A stretch of DNA of 64,000 bases from Candidatus Babelota bacterium (GTDB lineage: Bacteria > Babelota > Babeliae > Babelales > Vermiphilaceae), in NCBI GenBank assembly GCA_035445995.1, contig DAOMRS010000001.1, forward strand, positions 369,203-433,202. Direction: 5' to 3'. Numbering within the stretch: position 1 is the first letter of the stretch; every line of letters begins with the position of its first letter. Positions 27,113 to 35,249 of this stretch are shown in pieces. Below the pieces are notes generated by a model. That model had not been told where the DNA came from, searched no databases, and saw only the letters and a list, made by a program, of their open reading frames with translations. Position numbers and translations under genes: made by a program.

Positions 27113-27595
27113 CTAACTAGAAACCTGTCCACTTATTGTTGCCCGGGATTGAAGCTGCGCTTGTAAAGCAAGAACTAATAGTTTTAACTCATTATGATTC
27201 TGCTGCAATAGATCATGATCGCCCTTCAATTGTTGCAACTCTTTTGTTATTCGTTTAAACTTTTTTCTATTTCTTAATTTTTCCTTGCGCAATTCAGTAT
27301 TAGTCTTTTGTAATTCAGTATTAGTCTTTTGTAATTCAGTTTCATTATGACTCTGTTGCGATTCATTACTTCGCAAGGTGCGTCTATGTTTACTCACCTC
27401 TAATTCAGCATCATTCAATCTATTGTGAATTCGTTGCAAATTGGATTCTGTGGATACAATAAATCTATGTACTAATGGATAACGATCCGGTCGTTTACCT
27501 CTGTGTAGGCGTTGTATTTGATCTGTATGCATAGACTGTATTTGAAAACTCATACACAGCACAAAAGTACTAAATACGATCAGATATTTTTTCAT
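27113..27595 (-). CDS. secreted coiled-coil protein with internal heptad tandem repeat
   Basis: Signal peptide MKKYLIVFSTFVLCMSFQIQS. Repeat TELQKTNTELQKTNTELRKE. Leucine-rich heptads follow. Confidence 0.65.
   Translation of the reverse strand: MKKYLIVFSTFVLCMSFQIQSMHTDQIQRLHRGKRPDRYPLVHRFIVSTESNLQRIHNRLNDAELEVSKHRRTLRSNESQQSHNETELQKTNTELQKTNTELRKEKLRNRKKFKRITKELQQLKGDHDLLQQNHNELKLLVLALQAQLQSRATISGQVSS
27291..27342. repeat. 21-bp tandem repeat (2 full copies plus a partial third) inside the coiled-coil gene
   Basis: AATTCAGTATTAGTCTTTTGT occurs twice, followed by AATTCAGTTT. It encodes the TELQKTN repeats. Confidence 0.85.
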
Positions 27596-27673
27596 AGATG
27601 CTCCTTATTTTGTTATGCGCTATGGAAATTTTTAAAGCACAGGCTATAGTTACTACCACAAAAGTCAATCTCT

Positions 27674-28348
27674 TCACCGCGACTTTTTCACCCCTACCCG
27701 CGGGCATAGATCTGCAATTGCACATCGTGAACAAAATGGCGATATCGGCACACATACATTCTGGCCCCACATGACGAGGAGCTTGTTCCACTCACTCCAA
27801 TATTCTTTGGGCAGAATTTGTTGCAGTGCTTTTTCGGTTTGTTCTACAGTCTTGGTTTTGATCAGTCCAAGGCGATTAGAAATACGATGCACATGGGTGT
27901 CCACACAAATAGCGGGAATACCAAAGCCATCGGCCAACACCAGATTGGCTGTTTTGGAGCCCACGCCCGGCAAGCTCATGAGCTCATCTTTGGTATGAGG
28001 GACTTGCCCATTGAAGCGCTCTAAAATCTCTTTGCTCATGGCATGAATATTCTTTGCCTTGGTCCGATAGAAGCCGGTTGGGTAAATAAGTTTTTCTACG
28101 GTCTTGAGAGGTAGCTTGAGCATAGCTTGGGGGGTTTTGGCATGCTTGAAGAGTTCAAGCGAGGAAGGGAGTGAAATGGTATCTTTTGTCCGTAAGCTCA
28201 GAACACAGCTGACAAGTACCAGGTATGGGTCACGTCCAAATTTTTGGACAATTTGAGTAGCCGCCGGTGCCTCCATTCCTTCAGTTGCTATGCGCAACTT
28301 CTTGACTATTTGTATGGCGCGCTCACGGAGCGCATGATCCGACGGCAT
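27674..28348 (-). CDS. nth: endonuclease III
   Basis: Helix-hairpin-helix LPGVGSKTANLVL, catalytic region ICVDTHVHRISNRLG, and 4Fe-4S cluster C-x6-C-x2-C-x5-C (CVPISPFCSRCAIADLC). Confidence 0.92.
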   Translation of the reverse strand: MPSDHALRERAIQIVKKLRIATEGMEAPAATQIVQKFGRDPYLVLVSCVLSLRTKDTISLPSSLELFKHAKTPQAMLKLPLKTVEKLIYPTGFYRTKAKNIHAMSKEILERFNGQVPHTKDELMSLPGVGSKTANLVLADGFGIPAICVDTHVHRISNRLGLIKTKTVEQTEKALQQILPKEYWSEWNKLLVMWGQNVCVPISPFCSRCAIADLCPRVGVKKSR

Positions 28349-28426
28349 AACCTGCTCCTATAACGACCTTTAAGATTGTCGAGAGGTCGTTTTTTTGTTA
28401 GGATAAAGTATTAGGTGAGGTTTGGG

Positions 28427-28543
28427 TTAATTCCCTGGAGGTCTTGAGTCACCACTCAACAATGCTAGTACAACAAAGATAAGAGACAGCGCTGCCCGGT
28501 TAGATAAAATTATATTCAAGTAGCGAGATAAGTGATTAAGCAT
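28427..28543 (-). CDS. candidate 38-aa small membrane peptide
   Basis: Manual translation: MLNHLSRYLNIILSNRAALSLIFVVLALLSGDSRPPGN. ATG is preceded by AGGAG at 5-nt spacing. There is no homology evidence. Confidence 0.3.
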   Translation of the reverse strand: MLNHLSRYLNIILSNRAALSLIFVVLALLSGDSRPPGN

Positions 28544-28620
28544 TTAAACTCCTAAAAAAGCTTTTAACTAACAAGATTATCGCTAAGTATAATGCCACAA
28601 AACACGAATATCAATAAAAC

Positions 28621-31332
28621 ATGGTAAATATAATAAATTCCTTGATTTCTGTTGATGTAATAATTGGCAGTCCCCCTTTTCTGCTCAGTGTTTTTATTAT
28701 CTTTTTTTTATTCAAGGCATTATTATTAACTGCTCTTGTTAAAAAAGGCATACAAACAAACATAGCTAAATTACCATTAATCTTATTAGCTATTATTTTA
28801 TTAAGTTCTATGCTTGAAAACTCTGCATGGATATACAAATTTGTTCGTTCTTTATGGTTTCCACACACGGACTTTCGAATTTATCTTTTTTGGTTACGTT
28901 TGACATGGGGATTGTCTGTTATTCATTTCCAAACAATTGTATTATTTTTAGAAAGTTTAATAACAACGACACTTAGACTCAGATGGTATCATTACATACT
29001 TATCACTATTACCAGTTTATTTTTCTTATTTTTTACCGGACTGGCTATATTCAATTTCGATTGTGCTGAGAACATAGCTCGCCCGGAAATTGAATTCAGC
29101 GTACTAAAAATAGCTGGTATATATTCTAATGCTATTCTCTTTATTGCTGGGATTATAGCACTGTATCAATATCGGCAAAAAAATTTACCTCGTATCTTAA
29201 AAAAACAATTACAAGTATTACTTCAAGGTATAATTTTCCCCTACTGGTTATGCGATATCCTTCAAATTTATCCTCTTTCTTTTTCTCCAACTTGGACAAC
29301 CAATAGCTACACATTTGCATCACTATCAAACATAATTCTTATATTCGCATTCTATTTCTGTGCCCGTAGGATTATGGGGTTACGCTTCCTCAATTTTGAA
29401 AATCATGTACACACCAAAATTACCCGTTTTAGTTTTATGGATGATTTCAAAAATACCCTTGAACAATTGAGTTACGTTAACACTATTGAAGAGCTGCGTC
29501 ATATTACCCAAAGTTTTTTCAAAGAAGCATTTGATGTACCTCTTGGCAAAACAGCACTGCATATCCGTATATTGGATGCAGCTAGCGCTGAGCTACGCCA
29601 ACACGATATTATCACCAGCTGTGTGGAAACATTTTTTGGTATGCAAGATCAGAATGTACTCGATCATATCCGCCAGCAAAAAATACTCATCTATGACGAC
29701 ATTACATTCAGCAATTTTTATGAAAATCATGAAGCAGGCAATGCTATCGTCAGATTTATGGACAACTTAAATGCCGATGTATTCTTACCTATTTATGAAA
29801 AAAATAATTTGGTTGCTTACATTATCATTGATCGCCATGCACGCTTTGACCAATTCTATAGTAGTATCGAGCGAGATGAAATGCTTGTATTCTCAAGCTA
29901 CATGGGAAATATTATTCACCTATTACAAAGCAAATCGGTTGAAACACTGACACGTCAAACCAAAGAAATACAAGAAGAGTTGTATCGTAAACATCAAGAA
30001 ATTAACCAATACAAAGAAAGTATTCGTTCATTTTTGCGATATAAAAAACAACAAAGCATTGGTATTATTTTTTACAAAAACAATCGTTTTGTATTTGGCA
30101 ATCAAACAGCCAAGGAACTTATTCAAGTCAATATTAATATACAGTTAGGACATCCGATTAGTCGAGCACTCAAAAACGTTGCACAAACTGTAGAACAATA
30201 CAAAACACCTCAAACAAGTTTTATCAAAGATGTACAAGGTAATCCACTCGTACTTTCTGCAGTACCACATTTGGAGCATAACCAAGTTATTATCATGGTA
30301 CATTATCCGGAAATATCTGATATTCTCAAAAAACAACTTGATCTATTGCATGATCCTTCAGAATGGGATTTTGTATTGTATCTAGAAACCACTGAATCTG
30401 GTAAATTAATTAATCAATTAATTCCCGGATCCGGGCCAGCATTGCTCAAGTTTAAAATTGAATTGCTCAAAATCGCATTGAGCAGAAAGGCTATATTGCT
30501 CGATATGCCTGAAGAAGATTTGCTCTCAACCGTCGAACTATTACATCACACTAGTTTGCGTGATAACTTACATACACTCGACTTGCAACACCCCATAAAA
30601 AATAATGATATTGCCATACAATTATTCGGTATTAATCCTATTTTTGGGATTGAGCATGACAAGCCGCTTCTTGAAGTATTGGATAAAACAGGAACCTTGT
30701 ATATTAAAAACATTGAATACTTAGACCAAGAAACACAAAAACACCTAGCAGAATTTATTCGCTATGGTTTTTTCCGCACCTTCAAAAGTGACCAAAAAAT
30801 TCCAAGCCATGTACGTATTATCTGTTCGAGTAACAGAGACTTGCAAACACTTGTACAACAAAATGCTTTTAATGCTGATTTGTTCAATGAACTTAAGCAA
30901 ACCACCCTTTCTATGCCATCACTTGTAACTTTACCAGATGATGAATTGAAAGATTTAGCACAAGGATTCAGTGATTTGGCAGTCAAAACACAAGCATTTA
31001 AAAATATGCTTACATTGTCCGAACGTGATAAAGACAAAATCGCACACATGCGGCCTGCAAGTTTGCAAGAACTTAAAACAAATGTACAAAATATATTAGT
31101 GAAAAAATCTCAGAAAAGTAATATCTATGAAGAAACGGGATTTGATCCTGCTTACCAAACTATTGACCCTGAGTTAGCGCGAGTCGCACGCCTTGGCAAG
31201 CAGGCATTAAAGGATCGCAAGATTATGACCTTATTGTGGGAAAAATTTCAAAGCCAACACAAAATTGCTGCGTTTCTTGGTGTCAATAGATCGTCCGTGA
31301 GTCGACGATTCAAAGAATATAACCTAGAGTAG
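28621..31332 (+). CDS. 7-TM membrane protein with sensor region, degenerate sigma-54-activator-type AAA+ domain and C-terminal Fis-type HTH (paralog 1)
   Basis: About 7 hydrophobic helices lie in residues 1-250. The C-terminal third is collinear with the NtrC-type central domain (VRIICSSNRDLQTLVQQNAFNADLFNEL...LSMPSL). However, Walker A is replaced by LLDMPEEDL, Walker B DE by LYIKNIEYLD, and GAFTGA is absent. The HTH is IAAFLGVNRSSVSRRFKEYNL. Confidence 0.7.
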   Translation: MVNIINSLISVDVIIGSPPFLLSVFIIFFLFKALLLTALVKKGIQTNIAKLPLILLAIILLSSMLENSAWIYKFVRSLWFPHTDFRIYLFWLRLTWGLSVIHFQTIVLFLESLITTTLRLRWYHYILITITSLFFLFFTGLAIFNFDCAENIARPEIEFSVLKIAGIYSNAILFIAGIIALYQYRQKNLPRILKKQLQVLLQGIIFPYWLCDILQIYPLSFSPTWTTNSYTFASLSNIILIFAFYFCARRIMGLRFLNFENHVHTKITRFSFMDDFKNTLEQLSYVNTIEELRHITQSFFKEAFDVPLGKTALHIRILDAASAELRQHDIITSCVETFFGMQDQNVLDHIRQQKILIYDDITFSNFYENHEAGNAIVRFMDNLNADVFLPIYEKNNLVAYIIIDRHARFDQFYSSIERDEMLVFSSYMGNIIHLLQSKSVETLTRQTKEIQEELYRKHQEINQYKESIRSFLRYKKQQSIGIIFYKNNRFVFGNQTAKELIQVNINIQLGHPISRALKNVAQTVEQYKTPQTSFIKDVQGNPLVLSAVPHLEHNQVIIMVHYPEISDILKKQLDLLHDPSEWDFVLYLETTESGKLINQLIPGSGPALLKFKIELLKIALSRKAILLDMPEEDLLSTVELLHHTSLRDNLHTLDLQHPIKNNDIAIQLFGINPIFGIEHDKPLLEVLDKTGTLYIKNIEYLDQETQKHLAEFIRYGFFRTFKSDQKIPSHVRIICSSNRDLQTLVQQNAFNADLFNELKQTTLSMPSLVTLPDDELKDLAQGFSDLAVKTQAFKNMLTLSERDKDKIAHMRPASLQELKTNVQNILVKKSQKSNIYEETGFDPAYQTIDPELARVARLGKQALKDRKIMTLLWEKFQSQHKIAAFLGVNRSSVSRRFKEYNLE

Positions 31333-31567
31333 TGATCCTTTTGCCCATACCTCTCATTTTTGTTGCGTTTGTGTATCAACACACTCTATACTCACGAAGG
31401 TGGAAAACGCAAAAATGTTTTCACAACCACAAGTAATTGACACAAAAGATCAATTATTTGACTATCATACATCATGATTTGGACTCCTATGGGTTCCTAA
31501 GAAGTAATAGTTATGTTAAAGTACGTAGAGTAGTATAAACAGTTGCATATGCAAAATCAATGATAAC

Positions 31568-34312
31568 ATGGTAAAAATATTAGAAGCACTTAATACAATT
31601 GTTCATAGCCCGCAGTTATTGCTTGCTACTATAACAATTTCATTTACCGTTAAAACATACTTTTTGGCAATTCTTATTCCAAAGGGCTTAAAATCAAGAA
31701 CTTTCCATAGGCCATGGTTCTTTGCCTTGGGCATTTTGGGGTGTTCATTATTTGGTGATATTGCGTGGATGATTAAGCTATATCGTCTTGTATTTAATCC
31801 AGCCATTTCGTACACAACAGTCACCTTCTTGACTCGTATTGCATGGACTTTTGTAGTTCTACAATATCAATCACTTGCCTTCTTTATCCAAAGTTTAATG
31901 GATAAATATTTTAAGCCCACGCGTATCCAACAATTCTTTGTATGCGTTAGCATGCTCATAGCGGGATATTTTTTATATGAAGCATTCTTTGATACTACTT
32001 TAATAAGTGAAGAAGAACGCGAACTTGCCAAAGCGTTGAGCACCAACATTCCATTAGAAATAAATGCCATGCGCTACACCGTACTCTATATCTTATTTGG
32101 GCTCATTGTACCTAGTTTATACAATACGTTCCGCTTGATGCGTTCCAAGTTACTTCCTAAAATTTTACGTAAACAATTAAATATTTTTATCAAATATTTG
32201 GTATGTCCTTATTTGATGACTGAGGTTATACAAACCTCATATTTTATGGTTATTGCCATTCAACCATACATTCTACCTTTGGTAAATTTCTCTACGATAT
32301 TGCTTATTATGGCTACCTATTATTGCATGCATAAAGTCATGGGACTACGATTCTTGAATTTTTCAAGCCACGTCACGTCTGTGCCACGACTCAATGCTCT
32401 TTCTAACTTCAAAACACATTTGGAACAACTCAGCCAAGCAAGTAGCCTCTATGAACTCATGCAAGTAACTCAACTATTCTTCAATGAAGCCTTACATGTT
32501 CCCCTGCGAGATACGACACTTTTGAGTCGTCAGGATGAACATGTAGTAGGCGCACAAATGAATGACAAACATTTAACTAAAAAATTAGTCGAAGAATTCA
32601 TGCGATCACACAGCGATTCTGTCTGCAAAATTATTGAAAAATTAAAAATTTTGGTCTATGACGAAATTGCATTCTCTCACTTTTATGAAGAAGATGAAGA
32701 TCGTAATGCGCTACTTAATTTCCTTGATACCATTGATGCAGAAATCTTTTTACCTATTTATGCGCAAAATAGCATGATTGCATATATCACCGTAAAAAAA
32801 GGTGCTCGCGGTGATGCATGTTATAATGATAGTGAACGTGATGAAATGATTGTATTTGCAAGTTATTTGGGTAGCAGCATTAACTTACTTAATAACAAAA
32901 ACCTTGATACCATGGTCACCCATGCTAAAAAACTACAAAACGAACTTTACATTAAACATCAAGAAATAAATCAATACAAAGAAAGCATCCGCTCATTCTT
33001 ACACAACAAAAAACGTAAAGACATGGGCACCAAAGATATTGGTATCATTTTTCATAAAAACCGAGAGTTCGTATTTGGTAACCAAGCGGCAAAAGAACTG
33101 ATTCAAATAAACCTCAATGAACAACCTGGGCACCCACTCAGCAAGGCCTTCAAAACTATTGCACATGATGTGTATACCTACAAAGCTCCACAAAAACAAT
33201 TTGCTAAAGACAGTAATGGTAATACACTCGTACTTTCTGGCGTACCTCATTTGGAACAACAACAAGTAATTATTACCGTATCATATCCTGATATTGCAGA
33301 CATTATTACTAATCAATTTGGTCATCTACAAAATCCAACCATGTGGGATTATGTATTGTATTTAGAAACAACTGAAACTGGTAAACGTATTAATCAACTT
33401 GTTCCGGGTACCGGCGAAGTAATATTGAACTTTAAAATTGCATTACTCAAAACTGCATTAAGCAAACAAACCGCTCTTATTGATGTGCCTGATGATGATA
33501 TTGTGCCAATCGTAGAATTATTACATAGCATTAGTCTGCGTGAAACACTTTATACGCTGAATTTGCAGTATGTAACACAGCACCAAGATATTGCCATGCA
33601 ATTATTTGGGACCAACCCAATACTCCGCTCATCTGACGAACGCCCTCTATTAGAAGTTTTGCATGACAGCGGTACCCTATTCATAAAAAATATCCACTTA
33701 CTTGATCTGGAAACACAAGCGTTGCTCACTGAATTTATGCAACAAGGATTATATCGCCCCTATAAAGGTGATCAAAAAGTAGCAAGCAATACGCGTATAT
33801 TATGCTCAACTAACCAAAACTTATCATTGTTAGTGCGAGATGGAAAATTCTTGGCAGAATTACTCCACGAACTCAAGCGCAATACACTTTCGATGCCATC
33901 ACTCATTGCACTACCAACTGATGAATTGTTCAATTTGGCAGATGGATTTGCTGAACAAGCAATTCAAGCACACACGTTCCAAAACTTATTATCGCTTACC
34001 GATAAAGATAAACAAAAATTAATACAAAAACAGCCAACAAGCCTCCAAGAATTAAAGACACGCGTACATCAGATATTATTACTTAAATCAAAAGAAAATA
34101 ATTTAGAACAAGATCCCGATCTTGACCTGGTATACGATGTGAATGATCCACTGCTCATTGAAGCTGCACGGCTTGGTAAATATGCACTCAAAGATCAAAA
34201 GATCATGTCCACCCTATGGGAAAAGTTCCAAAATCAAAATAAAATTGCTACATTCTTGGGCGTTAATCGCTCATCAGTCAACCGGCGATGTCGAGAATAT
34301 AATTTAATCTAG
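31568..34312 (+). CDS. 7-TM membrane protein with sensor region, degenerate sigma-54-activator-type AAA+ domain and C-terminal Fis-type HTH (paralog 2)
   Basis: Same architecture as 28621..31332, with identical blocks such as KHQEINQYKESIRSFL, MGLRFLNF and LGVNRSSV. Walker A position LIDVPDDDI. Walker B position LFIKNIHLLD. HTH IATFLGVNRSSVNRRCREYNL. Confidence 0.7.
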   Translation: MVKILEALNTIVHSPQLLLATITISFTVKTYFLAILIPKGLKSRTFHRPWFFALGILGCSLFGDIAWMIKLYRLVFNPAISYTTVTFLTRIAWTFVVLQYQSLAFFIQSLMDKYFKPTRIQQFFVCVSMLIAGYFLYEAFFDTTLISEEERELAKALSTNIPLEINAMRYTVLYILFGLIVPSLYNTFRLMRSKLLPKILRKQLNIFIKYLVCPYLMTEVIQTSYFMVIAIQPYILPLVNFSTILLIMATYYCMHKVMGLRFLNFSSHVTSVPRLNALSNFKTHLEQLSQASSLYELMQVTQLFFNEALHVPLRDTTLLSRQDEHVVGAQMNDKHLTKKLVEEFMRSHSDSVCKIIEKLKILVYDEIAFSHFYEEDEDRNALLNFLDTIDAEIFLPIYAQNSMIAYITVKKGARGDACYNDSERDEMIVFASYLGSSINLLNNKNLDTMVTHAKKLQNELYIKHQEINQYKESIRSFLHNKKRKDMGTKDIGIIFHKNREFVFGNQAAKELIQINLNEQPGHPLSKAFKTIAHDVYTYKAPQKQFAKDSNGNTLVLSGVPHLEQQQVIITVSYPDIADIITNQFGHLQNPTMWDYVLYLETTETGKRINQLVPGTGEVILNFKIALLKTALSKQTALIDVPDDDIVPIVELLHSISLRETLYTLNLQYVTQHQDIAMQLFGTNPILRSSDERPLLEVLHDSGTLFIKNIHLLDLETQALLTEFMQQGLYRPYKGDQKVASNTRILCSTNQNLSLLVRDGKFLAELLHELKRNTLSMPSLIALPTDELFNLADGFAEQAIQAHTFQNLLSLTDKDKQKLIQKQPTSLQELKTRVHQILLLKSKENNLEQDPDLDLVYDVNDPLLIEAARLGKYALKDQKIMSTLWEKFQNQNKIATFLGVNRSSVNRRCREYNLI

Positions 34313-34329
34313 CTCTGATAGGTACCACC

Positions 34330-35247
34330 ATGAACTTAGAGCAATTTAAGTCAAAGAAAAAAGAATTTCTTACGTATCTTCAAGTTGAACGCAACCTGTC
34401 CGATCATACTTTACGTGCTTATGAAGGCGATCTACGTCAATTTATTACGTTTTGGGAATATCTAGCACCAGCAGAACAAAAAAGTCTGGGGCTTCGGCAA
34501 ATTATTGAACGATATTTAGTAGGACTTTTTTATAAAAAAATAGATAAAAGTTCTATTGCACGTAAATTTTCATGCTTTAAATCTTTTACCCACTTTTTGC
34601 AATCACAAGGTATAAAAATTGATTTGAATCTCAAGCGCCCACGCTTGGATAAAAAGCTGCCTGTCTATTTAAGCATTGATGAAATGTTCCATCTACTGGA
34701 TTCCGTTAATAACAATGAATTGCCAACCCGTTATCCGCTTCGTGATAAAACTATTTTAGAACTTTTATATGCTACTGGCGTACGGTGTTCGGAGCTGATC
34801 AGCATGCGCCTGTGTGACATTGATATGGATAATAAAACCATACGCGTAAGTGGTAAAGGTAAAAAAGAACGTATCGTATTATTTGGCGATAAAGCAAAAG
34901 ATAAATTAGCTGAATATATTCTTACTGAACGTCCAGCTGCAAAAAAACAAGATGAACCACTTTTTTTGAATTACCGCAAAGAACCCTTTACAGCACGCTC
35001 GGTACAACGCGTTATTGAAATGTTCCGTAAATTTCTAAAAATTGATCGACACATAACTCCTCACAAAATTCGCCATTCATTTGCTACGCACTTACTCAAT
35101 CAAGGAGTAGATTTGCGTGTAGTGCAAGAATTGCTTGGCCACAAAACACTCGCAAGCACCGAAAAATATACCCACGTATCTCTCGATGATCTTGCCCGTA
35201 TGTGTGATGCCTTACACCCTATAAATACTATGCTCAAAAAGAAATAG
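34330..35247 (+). CDS. tyrosine recombinase, XerC/XerD family
   Basis: N-terminal SAM-like domain (LSDHTLRAYEGDLRQF). Catalytic residues are in GVRCSEL, HKIRHSFATHLL and LGHKTLASTEKYTH. Confidence 0.88.
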   Translation: MNLEQFKSKKKEFLTYLQVERNLSDHTLRAYEGDLRQFITFWEYLAPAEQKSLGLRQIIERYLVGLFYKKIDKSSIARKFSCFKSFTHFLQSQGIKIDLNLKRPRLDKKLPVYLSIDEMFHLLDSVNNNELPTRYPLRDKTILELLYATGVRCSELISMRLCDIDMDNKTIRVSGKGKKERIVLFGDKAKDKLAEYILTERPAAKKQDEPLFLNYRKEPFTARSVQRVIEMFRKFLKIDRHITPHKIRHSFATHLLNQGVDLRVVQELLGHKTLASTEKYTHVSLDDLARMCDALHPINTMLKKK

Positions 35248-35249
35248 TA

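Noticed and set aside
27570-27791. A 73-aa minus-strand ORF spans the coiled-coil gene start and the nth end.
   Set aside because: It reads out of frame across the nth terminal repeat and overlaps two better-supported genes. It is an artefact of the repeat region.
34330-35247. The tyrosine recombinase could be the integrase of a mobile element carrying the two 7-TM/HTH genes.
   Set aside because: The domain layout and motifs are those of housekeeping XerC/XerD. I saw no flanking direct repeats, tRNA target or phage/ICE genes. The neighbouring PBP2-family gene is core.
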